Assembly: GCF_006345805.1 (NCBI RefSeq)
Contig: NC_043008.1
Location: 73,036,001-73,100,000, forward strand
Direction: 5' to 3'
DNA: 64,000 nucleotides
From: Octopus sinensis
Lineage: Eukaryota
Of this stretch, positions 38,414 through 49,735 are shown piece after piece. How positions within the stretch are numbered: position 1 is the first letter of the stretch; every line of letters begins with the position of its first letter. A program made the position numbers and the translations under genes. The notes beneath the pieces were generated by a model. It was not told where the DNA came from. It did not search any database and saw only the letters and a list, made by a program, of their open reading frames with translations.

Positions 38414-38845
38414 TCATCGTCGTCATCGTCATTTTCCATCCTATTTTCCATTCTGGCATGGGTTGGACGGTTTAACAGGAACTAGCCAACTGAAGAGCTG
38501 CCCAGGTTCCATGTCTGTTTTGGCATGGTTTCCACAGCTGGATGCCCTTCCTAATGCTAACCACTTTACAAATTGTACTGGGTGCCTTTCTGCAGCACTG
38601 GATTGGGTGCATTTATGCAGCACTGGTATGGGTGCTTTTTACATGGCACCAACACCTATGAGCCCACAAGATTAGGGATGCTCAGCTGGAAAGGGATGCA
38701 GGGGACATGGCTGTAAGCAATGACAACCTCACCTTTACCTAGCTTGACATGTCTTCTCAAGCACAGCAAACCACCAGGAGTCTCAATTCCCTATCATCCC
38801 CTCTGTGTGGATCAGCATCTGAAGAGCCTTTCTCACCACTTTGTT
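38414..38845 (-). mobile_element. RTE LINE 3' end with ORF C-terminal remnant
   Basis: Minus strand VVRKALQMLIHTEGMIGN*DSWWFAVLEKTCQA is homologous to the 1475-1552 peptide and carries the same tail. Confidence 0.7.
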
Positions 38846-40356
38846 CTTTTCATATAAAAAAACTCTACGCATTACCAGGTGAACAAATTCCTCAATCGCA
38901 TTGAAGTTGCATATGGTCTATAGATACACATGTTTGCAGGCAGAGTGACTACATATGAAATTATGACTGTTTCAGAGCAATCTTAAGATCCTCGGTTTTA
39001 GCTGAGACACTTTAAAATCCTTGAAGCAGCAAGTCACATAATGTGTTGACAGAATGCAACATGAAAACATAATATGATGCAAGAAAGAATGCACAAGAGC
39101 TGCTATTGACTTTATTTTGTTCATTTCACTTTATTTTTCTGTTATATTCCACTTTAAGAGAGAAAATGTTCTCCATTAAACTGCAATGTGAAATATATAT
39201 ATATCCATACACTTCATTTTTTATTTACTGAAAGGATTTCTCAGATATTTTTGCCAATCCTTAACTAACTTGCAGCTGATGTAGTAAGGAATGATAGAAA
39301 AGAAAGCTTTTCTTGTTTACTTTAAAAAGAAAGAAAAAGCACAACTCTACAATTTAAATGTCCTTATCCTGGGTAGAGAAATTGTTTTCACTTATGAGAA
39401 ATTTCTCAACTGTTTATGTTTCATAATTGTATTCCCAAAGAATTGGTTTCCATACACCTAGACAATCTATTTGCCAATCTCATCATCATTTTGGTTAACA
39501 CTTGAGGGAGTTTGGTAATGAAAATACAAAAGCAAAACAAAAAGAAAGAAGAAGTAACAAACTAATCTGGTGCCTGGCATCCTATTACATGAGATAATTT
39601 TCTGAGAGAAATATAGACTTATTTCATACATAGTTGTGAAGGAAAAGATTTTCACTGGAAAAAAAAATTCTTCACTATAAAAGAAAATTAACAAAACTGT
39701 ATAAAAGAAAATATTGCTTGATAGATATGAATGGAAATTCTTAAACAGAATCTGTCTTGGGTTATTTTATTTCAACCATGATTTGATAACCAAATGAGTT
39801 ACCAAAGAAATACGTACATTGTCAGAGTTACAAGAAATTATACACTTACACAATCATGAGGATTCCCATAAGCCATTAGATGTTAGAAGCACCAAAGGTG
39901 GTTTCTGTCTCTATCAAGTATATCTATTGCAAATCAACTTTGGGGAGACCAACTCCTCAACATATTATACCCACAGGGGAAGTACAAGTGAGTACTAAAG
40001 TAGACATCAATTTTACAGTACTGATATTGGTTATAGTACTTAGTCATATAGCATATTGTGCATTACTGTTTACAGCTAGATGGACCGAGCCATTTCTAAG
40101 TTAAGTATATTTGCTAGAGACAAGCTTATGATCAAAGGTTTCCTTAACCTTAACCAATTCATCTATTCTTCAGCAATAGTGTAGCTGCAATTAGTTTCCC
40201 AAAGTTCTTTAAGAAAGTAAAATATGATTTGGAGGAAATTTGGCTGTTATTTCTAGTTACATGAAGTCATCTTGGAGACAATGATGACACAGGATGTCAG
40301 TTTATTCAGTACTGTGTCAAATCAATCATTTCTAAATTTTAAGTATAACACTAATT

Positions 40357-40554
40357 CAGTTCTATATTTAAGAGACGAGGAATTATGTACAATATTTACA
40401 TTTGACGGATATTTGTCCTCATCTTGTTTGTCCACACAACGTTACAGCTGTTATACCCTCCAGCCTTCATCAGGTGTCTTGGGGAAATTTTGAACCTGGG
40501 TTCTCATTTCCAAGGTATTTTTCGATGTTGTTGTTGCTATTATTATTATTATTA

Positions 40555-40606
<52 letters not shown>

Positions 40607-40781
40607 CAGGTCACTGCCTGGAATAATAATAATAACATTGAAAACTACCTTAGGAATAAGAACCCAAGTTCAAAATTTCCCCAAGACACCTGATGAGGCT
40701 GGAGATATATCAGCCGTAACATTGTGTTGACAACAAACAAGATGAGGACAAATATCAGTAAAATGTAAATAATATAAATAA
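40357..40781. mobile_element. tRNA-headed, hammerhead-bearing inverted-repeat element, copy 2
   Basis: Same family as 21680-22158. Perfect 13-bp TSD TATAACACTAATT at 40344-40356 and 40782-40794. Only the 3' stub of the head (CAGGTCACTGCCTGGAAT) remains. Confidence 0.88.
40683..40728 (+). ncRNA. Minimal type I hammerhead (GAAA mutated to GTAA)
   Basis: GACAC-CTGATGA-GGCTG..CAGCC-GTAA-CA-TT-GTGTT. Mirror copy at about 40432-40480 (-). Confidence 0.7.
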
Positions 40782-41420
40782 TATAACACTAATTATTAGT
40801 CAAAATTATTGTAAATAATTAATTAATTTTCTCTTGTCCAGTTTAATTGTTAATTATGTAAATATGATGGATGTATGAAAAATATATGCACATATAATAA
40901 ATGAATATAAATATCTGGTGATATGATCTTCAGAAGACCTGTCTACCTCAGTGAAACTGAGTTCTGGAAGCACTGTGTGTTCCACCCATGTGTAACATTT
41001 CTTTTACATATCCTACCCCAATAACCCAAACTACACCTTCTCTTCTTCATTCACTCTGCTTATCTTTCCCTCCCCACCCTTGCAGCCAGATCCTATCCTC
41101 CCCACTGCCAACTGTATTATTGTTATTACATTAACCCTCCCTATATACCTGGCTATCACCAGTCACTGCATTTCTCCTTCCTCTTTGCATTCTTGTGAAC
41201 TCCCTACTCATACATCCTGGGAAATCTTCTGCTTTTTTATTTATATTCACATCCTTGTAACTTAAAAGAATGCCTTGACACATTATCTTCATCTCCCCAC
41301 TTTCTCTTGCTCACTCATGCTCTCCTTCCAACTGGGGTAACAATATATTTTCTCTGTCACACTGTCATAATCTAACCTCCCATCACCTGACACAAAATCA
41401 TCTCTTTTAAAAGGATCTTT

Positions 41421-41830
41421 GTCTTACAAGTTCCTTGATGATTTCACCGGTGCTGGTGCCATGTCTAAGCATCCAATCCACTCTGTAAAGTGGTTGGTAT
41501 TTGAATAGGAATCCAGCTGTAAAGACCATGCCAAGCAGACTTGGCCAGTGCTATGTAAAAACCAGTCAATCCAGTCTGTAATGTGGTTGACACTTGGAAG
41601 GGCATCCAGCTTCAGAACTATGTCAAAGGAGACCTCTCTCATGTTGATGCCATGTAAAAAATACTTGCTCCATTCTATAGAGTGGTTGCTGTTAGGAAGA
41701 GCAACCAGCTGTAAAAAACCCTGCCTAAGAAGACAGTGGAGTTTGGCACTGTCCTCTGGCTTAGCAGCTTCTGCCAAACCATCCAACCCATGCCAGCATG
41801 GACGATGGTTGTTAAATGATGATGATGGTG
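41421..41830 (+). mobile_element. RTE 3'-tail element with triplicated ~85-100-bp subunit
   Basis: GTGGTTG..GGAAG[G/A]GCA[T/A]CCAGCT-like block occurs near 41490, 41583 and 41681, followed by AACCCATGCCAGCATGGA..GTTAAAT(GAT)n. Confidence 0.7.
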
Positions 41831-42312
41831 ATATACATACATACATATATATCTATATCTATATACACACACACACGCATATTTATATATATATATATAT
41901 ACACACACATATTTATATATATTTATATATACATATGAGTTCTGTATGTCTGTTTTTCTTCAACATCTTGTTTACCATGCTAGTAACATCCTGCTTACTT
42001 TGAACAGGGACTCATTTGAAGCAGATTTTTACCTATCACCAGGCCTTACTTATTTTCAAGAAAGGGAATTATGTATGCATGTGTGCTCGTGTCTCTGCAT
42101 TATCTATATGTATGTACACATAGGCACAAACTTGTATAACAAATGAATATATGAAGAAATGTTTACTGAACATATGTATAGTATGTGTGCAACAAGTGTC
42201 GGTAATAATTGTCTAACAAGTGAAATTATAATTAGCATATACACTTATGTGGTTTGTTATTTTGTTTAACAAGTTTACATACATTTACTCATATAAAATA
42301 TATATATATATC

Positions 42313-42504
42313 GTTGCCGGTGGCACGTAAAAAGCACCCACTACACTCACGGAGTGGTTGGCGTTAGGAAGGGCATCCAGCTGTAGAAACACTGCCAGAT
42401 CAGACTGGGCCTGGTGCAGCCTTCTGGCTTCCCAGACCCCAGTTGAACCGTCCAACCCATGCTAGCATGGAAAGCAGACGTTAAACGATGATGATGATGA
42501 TGAT
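42313..42504 (+). mobile_element. RTE 3'-tail element, young
   Basis: Near reverse complement of 686-875. Confidence 0.85.
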
Positions 42505-42942
42505 GTTGTTATTATGCAAAAGTGTCATATGTTCAAAATGTTGTTTTTTCAGAAAATGAAATAGTTGCACCATTTCATTTCTTCTTACATTAGCAACAAT
42601 TTCAGCTTAATAATACTTTGCTGGGTGCATAAAATCGTAACTCCAGGCATGTATGATATTTTCAGTCAGAAATATTTTTGCAAAACTGTCGTATGTGGAA
42701 CTTACTACACTTTTGAAAAATGCTAAACTGTTGTACTATACTTTGACAATTTTCCTATCTTGGCATCTGAAGCAGCTGGGGATATGATAGCTTGACTAAA
42801 AGAACCAGCTATTGCAAGCAAAATTGAATATTGAAAAAAAAAACGCATTTGACCAAATTTGGACATGCTACAGTTTAACATAATAGTCATGATATATATA
42901 CATGTATATATATGTGTGTGTATATATATATATATGTGTGTG

Positions 42943-43283
42943 CGTACTTTATTTAAAAGCATCAAAAATATAACAAAAGATGTTACTCAGAGTTTCTCGT
43001 TCCCATTCGGCGGACAGTTTTGTTAAAATAGAACACAAATAACGATATGATCAAAACTAGTTAAAGGATGCACCTTAAAAAATGGATTTGTTTCATTGGT
43101 CCTTTCAAATAACAGTCTTAAGTTTGCGATAAACAAAATAAGCAATATGCATGAATTCAATATAAATTCATCCTATTATAAAAAATCAAGGAAAAACCTT
43201 AAATCGAAGAGCGGATTCAAAATACATATCGTTATTAATACTCTTTTTTCCACCTTGTTTCACATTTATGTGCTTACTCCGGT
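42943..43283 (-). mobile_element. PLE-type short element in (TA)/(TG) tract with degenerate hammerhead
   Basis: Bounded by microsatellites. HHR-like fold at 42971-43024 near its 3' end. Confidence 0.55.
42971..43024 (-). ncRNA. Degenerate type I hammerhead (core CCGCCGA)
   Basis: Minus strand TAACAAAAcTGT-CCGCCGA-atgggaacga-GAAA-CTCtGAG-TA-ACAtcTTTTGTTA. Helix I has 11 bp with an internal loop. Confidence 0.55.
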
Positions 43284-43295
43284 GTGTGTATATAT

Positions 43296-43341
<46 letters not shown>

Positions 43342-43361
43342 ATACAGACACTCACACACAC

Positions 43362-43570
43362 AAGGCAGTGATCATGGAATTGTTAGCATGCTAGTCAAAA
43401 TGCTTGTGGTATGCCATCCGTCTTTACATTCTGAGTTCAGATTCCACTGAGGTTAACTTTGCTTAGCATCCTTTCTGAGTCACTAAAATAATTATCAGTT
43501 GAACATTGGAGTCAATGTAACTGACTTAACTCCTCCCCAAAACTGCTGGCTTTGCACCAAAATTTGAATC
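43362..43570 (+). mobile_element. SINE family M
   Basis: AAGGCAGTGA..GAATTGTTAGCATG..CATTCTGAGTTCAGATTCC..GAGGTTAACTTTGC..CATCCTTTC. Confidence 0.7.
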
Positions 43571-43621
43571 CTATATATATATATATAATTCTACAACACA
43601 GAAATACTCCCTTTAATGTAA

Positions 43622-44626
43622 AGCTATTCTAAGTCCAAAAAGAACTATATCTGGTTTGTCATTCCTTTCGGGAAACAAATCAGGTCTAACTTCCCTTTAC
43701 AATTCCGTGAAGCCGTAGCTAGGAACTTTCCCAGGAATTCTAGGTATTACTCTACTATCAATTCGCATAAGGTGAGGATTGCATTTTCCAACACTAGAAA
43801 CCTATCACAGATAATTGCCTCCCATAATAATAAGCTGCTAAATAAGGACTCATCATCCAGGAGTAGCGACACTGCCCTTACCAATTCCAACCTAACATAT
43901 AATAATAATAATAATAATATAAATAGTATTGATATTAGCAACATTCATAGCAACATTGGCATTAACAATAGTAATAATGATAATAATATTAGCCGGATTA
44001 TTAACAGTGGTGGTGTTAGTGGTAATAGTAACAGCATTTCTAATAACAGTTGTATTATTGATGATAACAATCCCAGCATTCCTATAGTCAGAGAAATTGC
44101 CGACGATATTACAATTAATAGTAATGATAATAAGATGAATAGTATCGTGGCCAATGCTAGCAACAATATTTATACCTATCATAACAATAAAAACTCTGTC
44201 TTAGTATCGGATGTTAACCCCAACAGATTAAAGTTCCTATCCAAAAATTCCAAAATTAGAACCACCATTTACCAGTGCAAAATTTCTTCGGGAACCGATG
44301 TCTTCTTCTACATTGGAGCAACTTATTCTAAATTAGCCCAAAGGATCTCTAGCCATTATTCAACTTTCCGAGATAAGAGAAAACAACAAAGCACGGGACT
44401 AAGTAAATTAGTTTGGCATCTGAAGGACAGCAATACAACTTTCAAACTGGAATGGTCCATATTGTCGGTGTCCTTCCCGTTTGATAAGGGCAGAAGACAT
44501 TGTGGCGTCTGTAATTCCGAACTTTTTCATATTTTGTTCGCCAAAGTCCCTTTAATAAATACAATCATCGAGAGGTCCTACAGATGCATGCACTGGCAAA
44601 AACACACCTTTCATTCATTTGAATAA
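43622..44626 (+). CDS. PLE C-terminal region with GIY-YIG endonuclease (open frame, 5'-truncated, no RT)
   Basis: Open from 43622: KKNYIWFVIPF..NFP..KVRIAFSNTRNLSQIIASHNNKLL, an Asn-rich insert, TIYQCKI..YIGAT..QRISSH..TGLSKLVWHLK..WSIL..CGVC..E..CMH. Confidence 0.8.
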   Translation, partial: SYSKSKKNYIWFVIPFGKQIRSNFPLQFREAVARNFPRNSRYYSTINSHKVRIAFSNTRNLSQIIASHNNKLLNKDSSSRSSDTALTNSNLTYNNNNNNINSIDISNIHSNIGINNSNNDNNISRIINSGGVSGNSNSISNNSCIIDDNNPSIPIVREIADDITINSNDNKMNSIVANASNNIYTYHNNKNSVLVSDVNPNRLKFLSKNSKIRTTIYQCKISSGTDVFFYIGATYSKLAQRISSHYSTFRDKRKQQSTGLSKLVWHLKDSNTTFKLEWSILSVSFPFDKGRRHCGVCNSELFHILFAKVPLINTIIERSYRCMHWQKHTFHSFE

Positions 44627-44905
44627 TGATTAATATAGATAGCCCCTTGAATTTTAATTAATATAACTCTTTTTTTATATATTTCACCCCCATAGTCAAT
44701 AAATTCTTTTTATACTTTCAAAGAACTACTACCCAATCCAGGTATGTGTTACCTTTGTCCCTATACCTCGCCCTCCTCTTTCTCTCTCTTTCTCTCTCTC
44801 TTTCCCTCTATCTATAGTAAGCACAATCAAACACACAGACACAAACCGTTCACCTTACCACTGTCTGTTTTCTGACATCCACCCATCCACAAACACAATC
44901 CCGCA

Positions 44906-44937
<32 letters not shown>

Positions 44938-45181
44938 TTAATGCAACTCATTCACAAAAGAAAATTCACCATTCATTTGAACTGCACCCTTTCACCTTCC
45001 TATTCTTATGCTTCTCTTCTCCTACTTCGTTTGAACCCTTGAACCTTTAGAACCTTCTAGAATCTTACAGCCAACCATTTTGACATCACTCCTTATAAAG
45101 GAATATTTTAAAGAGACACTCACTATCACTATGGGCTCCGTGTGAGCAGTCATCTAAAAGTCTTTTGTGCATCTTGATGTT

Positions 45182-45293
45182 GACATAAGTTCCTTGCTTT
45201 TCCTGATGAGAAAGCGGCATAATATACTCCTTATTCCTTCGCAATTAGGAATATGCAGCCCTTGAAACATGTCGAAAATAAAGGAATTTTGTT
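45182..45293 (+). ncRNA. Type I hammerhead ribozyme with canonical core
   Basis: TTCCTTgcTTTTC-CTGATGA (45203-45209)-long imperfect stem II-GAAA (45264-45267)-CATG-TC-GAAAAtaAAGGAA. Predicted GUC cleavage after 45273. Confidence 0.82.
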
Positions 45294-45322
45294 AATTCGT
45301 CGTTCAACTCCATTCTTTCATA

Positions 45323-45362
<40 letters not shown>

Positions 45363-45365
<3 letters not shown>

Positions 45366-45575
45366 CGGAGATGTACTTGCATAGCGAGTGACTTGATCTG
45401 AGATCGTGTGCTGGAACGAAAACAATTGCAGCATGGAAGGTGTTTATAAGCCATTTAAGAAACACACAAAACCGTTAGATTCACTTCAACATTTAAATTT
45501 AATTTGTCAAAATATTTTCGTCGCTTTGAGACCGCGACCTGTTCACTGACAAAACTTTGTGCTGCATCACTTGTT
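45363..45575 (-). mobile_element. Short PLE-type element in (TA)n with G3-C8 hammerhead
   Basis: About 210 bp bounded by (TA)n, with an HHR fold at 45503-45553. Confidence 0.65.
45503..45553 (-). ncRNA. Minimal type I hammerhead, G3-C8 core variant
   Basis: Minus strand TTTGTCA-GTGAACA-gGTCGC ggtctcaaa GCGAC-GAAA-ATAT-TT-TGACAAA. Helix I is a perfect 7 bp, helix II 5 bp, and helix III palindromic. Confidence 0.72.
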
Positions 45576-45583
45576 ATATATAT

Positions 45584-45892
45584 ATAACAAATTACAACAG
45601 ATGGATAGTGGTTCACTCACTACAGCTGTTTCAGTTGTGTTTTTTATTGATGAATAGTTATTACATCATGCAAAAAATAACACCATTTTCGTCAGGTTAA
45701 TGTATGCATGAATTACTTACTTGGTTTCATGGAATGTCTTTTGTAAAATATTTAATTTGCACATATATTCACCTGATGAAAATGGCTTCTTTTTTTTTCC
45801 ACATGATGTGATAATTTTATTCATCAATAAAAGACATGCCTGAAACAGCTGCAGTGAGTGAATCACTATCCATCTATTGTTATTTATTTATG
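45584..45892. mobile_element. Palindromic element with a hammerhead in each arm
   Basis: Inverted arms at about 45584-45715 and 45750-45892. Minus arm reads ATTAAC-CTGACGA..GAAA-CAGCTG-TA-GTGAGT (45701-45615). Plus arm reads ATTCAC-CTGATGA..GAAA-CAGCTG-CA-GTGAGT (45767-45859). Confidence 0.75.
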
Positions 45893-47084
45893 ATTCACCT
45901 TACTTGGAACCTACAATTAGTGTTGGACTGAAGTCTGTTGAATGCAGTACAACTCGTGCAGTGTTTCTACATTGGTGCAACCTTCAGACTAGTGGCATTC
46001 AATCAGACACTTGGGATCATACATGCAACTGGAATTTAAATCCGTCTTTACTTCGGTAGGTGTATATATATGTTCCTTTAATTTTGTTTTGTATATGATA
46101 GCAATTTCATTGATCCGCCCTTGATGCTTTACTATTTAAAGACCTGATTCACTTTGATCCTGAACTTTTATATATATAAAAATTTATTTATATATATATA
46201 TATATGTATGTATGTATATACATACATAATTTGTTTTTTATTGGTTGTATTTGAACTAGATAAAGCTATAATATAAAACATATAGATTTTGGGGTATAAA
46301 AAACTCACTGGATAGGAAAAGTCAAAATCTACCCATGGTATTTGAACCCACATCTTCCATAAGCATTATAAACATTTGACCAAAGGAATCCTTTAAATAT
46401 CTCCAACCATTTTAGAAATTTTGTTCTTCACCAGTGAGACTTGTATGTTGTTTACATCATAAGAATTATTTCACATCCTCTTTAAGCTTCTAAAATCTTA
46501 TGACATAAACAATACATACATGCATATATATATACATGTATATACATATATACATGTATGTATGTCTGTATATATAATATATAAATTTATATAGGTATAT
46601 GTATATAGGCAACGCTGTTTATTTATGTTATCACAATGGTGACAATGTCACTGCAAAAATTTATAATTATAAGAAAACTTTATATTCACTTTAGTTTAAG
46701 TGCCATTACATGCTGAAGTTAAAAATTAAAAAAAGAAACAACAAATTTTATGTAAAAGCCACTTAACTGGATGAGTTGCATGTGAAGATAAAATTCTTGG
46801 TGTCAAAGAATCTTTAGAAATGCTACAAAATGAAAATCCAACAGAAGCTACTGTACGTCAATGACTTTCCTTGATACAGAGCTTCCACAATAACGTGCTG
46901 CCTGACTTAAAGCTGAAGATTTATAACTGAGAATCAAAAGATGGGGGATCTGGGATATTTGAAGGAACAAATGGATTTTACGGAATCTTAACTCAACAAT
47001 ACTGTTCATAACTTAGAACAAGCTATAGAATTTTGAACACTCACAAAGCTATTTAAAAAAACTGTATTTTTATATATCTTTCAT

Positions 47085-47512
47085 TACCATTATCTTTTAA
47101 TGTCCTCTTTTCCCATACTTACAGGTGTCAGGCATGCAGTTGACAGACATGCAGGTGTCAAACAGAATTTAGTGAGGAAGATTTTTTACAAATGGATGCC
47201 ATTCTTGCTTCCAGCTTACATCTATTTCCAAACAAGGTAAGATTTCACCATCATTAGACAGATTTCATAGAAAACAAGAAACAAAAAAGATAGCATGCCC
47301 ATTTAAAACCAGTACATACCATCACAAATGTATACATATATATGTCTATATACAATGGACTTCATACAGTTTCTGTCAATCAAATTCACTCACAGGACTT
47401 TGGCTGACCCTGGTCTGACCAAAGCCATCTCAAAGGCGCTATGCAGTAGGACTGAACCTAAGACCAAATAGCTTGGAAGCAAGCATTTTAACCCCAAAGC
47501 CACATTTGTACC
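47085..47512 (-). mobile_element. SINE family B, diverged
   Basis: Minus strand GTGGCTTTGGGG..GGTTCAGTCCTACTGCAT..GACAGAAACTG..AATGGCATCCA..TAAGTATGGGAAAAGAGGACATTAAA. Confidence 0.6.
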
Positions 47513-47954
47513 TGTTTATGCAGATCTTTGGGTTAAGGTTTTGCAATTAAATGTTTCCTGAGTTTGAAAATAAAATAAGAAATAAAATTTTGTGTTGGTT
47601 AATCTGAAATCTGAGCAAAAATATCATCAAGCACATGAGACCTGTGCAAAGCTTGCTTAGAAAAACTGAAACAGCTAAATGAATAAAAAGAACTAAATAG
47701 CAATTGATAGATCATGTGTTGAAAATTATACTAGGAATGATACTGTCTTTATGTGTGTAAGACCAGTTTTCAAAACATAACAGACTAGTACTCAGTCATT
47801 TACATATTCTCTGGTCTGGAGCTCCTAACCAAACATGGTACCCCTCTATGATCATTTGACCTGCAAGACTGGCAATCAAATCTCATTTGTTGGAGTGTTT
47901 ATTTGCCAGGATTATGGGCTGGATTAAGGGAGGGACAGTCAGTCAGTCAGTTCT

Positions 47955-48137
47955 ACCTACCTGCCTGCCTGCCTACCTACCTACCTACCTACCTACCTAC
48001 CTACTTACCTACCTACCTACCTACATTCATAAATACATACATGCATACATGCATACATACATACGTACATACATACATACATACATACATACATACATAC
48101 ATACATACATACATACATACATACATACATACATACA
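47955..48137. repeat. (CTAC)n/(CATA)n compound microsatellite
   Basis: Direct reading. Confidence 0.97.
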
Positions 48138-49379
48138 TTACTTTACATTACATTATATTGCATACGTACACTGGACTGGACAGTTGACAAGATCTGCAGC
48201 CTGGACATCAAATCTAGAAATGTACTGACCACCTCTGGCAACTTTCACATTAACAGTAACACCAATAGGATTTATGTGAGATGAAGTGATAGTAGTTGTG
48301 GCATAAAGTCAGTCCAAATAGCCTTTGAATGTTGCATTATATTACTCAGACAACACCAGCCAAACAGTAAAGAAAGAAATGAGTTCATTCCTTGCATACT
48401 CAAAAGTGAGAGCTTACAGCATCCTCAGAGTTGAAGAACTGAGCAGGTACTCTGAGAATGCAACTGTTTCATGTGACCCAGAGGAGGTGGGACTAGCCTT
48501 GGCAGGGAAGCTGGCAGCCTACCAGCAAAAGCAATGCATGGGTACATATTCCATAAGGTAGAGTATAACAACAGTTCTGAGAGGAAGAATCATCTCTCTT
48601 CGACCTGTGAGAGATACACTGCATCATACATTGAAGGATATATCTTCACTACCCCACTATCCAGGAAAAAGAAATAGCTACTAAATACTTGACAAACAAG
48701 CACCAAACTTCCACATTGTGATAGAAAATGTTGACTCTGCTATGTCAGTGTGGAAAACATCACCCATATCATCATCAGCTACTTGGTTTTATATTCCTTC
48801 TCCAACTAAGAGGCAAATTTCAATTGATTTTGAATATTTTGCACTCATCATTCAATAAATCCCCACATTTCAAAATTATACGCATACACATGTGTGTGTA
48901 AGTGTATATATACATATATACACAGATACACACATTTAACCTCCTTACTGGGTTGGGTGGGCTATGAACTATCCACCTTGACCCCATCCTAACTTGCCAG
49001 ATACTAATACTATGAGCCTTGGGAATACTATCCACTTCAACAATAGCAACACTAGTACCATAGCCCCTAGTACTAATAACCACAGTATGTGACAGTGGTG
49101 ACACCCTCTCTCAAAAACATACTAGTAATAATAACAACTTCAGTTCTACTGCAAGGATAATGGATCATAGGAATGAAATCAGAATAGGGATTGCTCCTAA
49201 GCTAACCACTAGTGAGAAAACCTGTAATTGTTGGATCTCTCAACTAGGTGATTTTTGTGTACGCTAGATGTTTTTTGTTTACAATATAATGTTGTATATA
49301 GATGCATGGTAGTAACCCCATGTTCCCACCAGGTTAGGGTCTACATTGGTGGCACTGTTAATTTCAAGCGTTGCTATTG

Positions 49380-49735
49380 GAGAAGGAAAAATTCTTAGGG
49401 TAGAAGTCAGAAACATTACAAACGTAAGGTATGCTGATGATACAGTCTTACTTACAGAATTGAAAAAGGAACTTCAGAGACTTTTGGGTATAGTGGTCAG
49501 AGAAAGCAAGAAGAAGGTCCTGTTCATGAATTGCAAGAAGATAGAGTGCTTGGTGGTGACAAAGAAGGGAAGCCCCACATATCATCCTTCAAATACCTCA
49601 GAAGTTTGATCACAGAAGGCACAAGATGTGTGAAAGAGATCAAAAGAGGAAATGTGCTGGCAAAATTTCCATTCTCAAAATTGTGTAACATCTTGAAAAA
49701 TCATACTCTGAGCATCAAGACCAAGATAAATTTGG
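49380..49735 (+). pseudogene. RTE-clade LINE reverse transcriptase fragment
   Basis: ITNVRYADDTVLL..KELQRLL..MNCKKIECLV, then a frameshift, then SFKYLRSLITE..KEIKR..LAK..FSKL.NIL..LSIKTKI. Confidence 0.85.

Larger units (their letters stand above)
43588..45322 (+). mobile_element. 5'-truncated Penelope-like element (Nematis-like) in (TA)n
   Basis: GIY-YIG ORF end plus about 700 bp of 3' region ending in a hammerhead. (TA)n on both sides. Confidence 0.85.
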
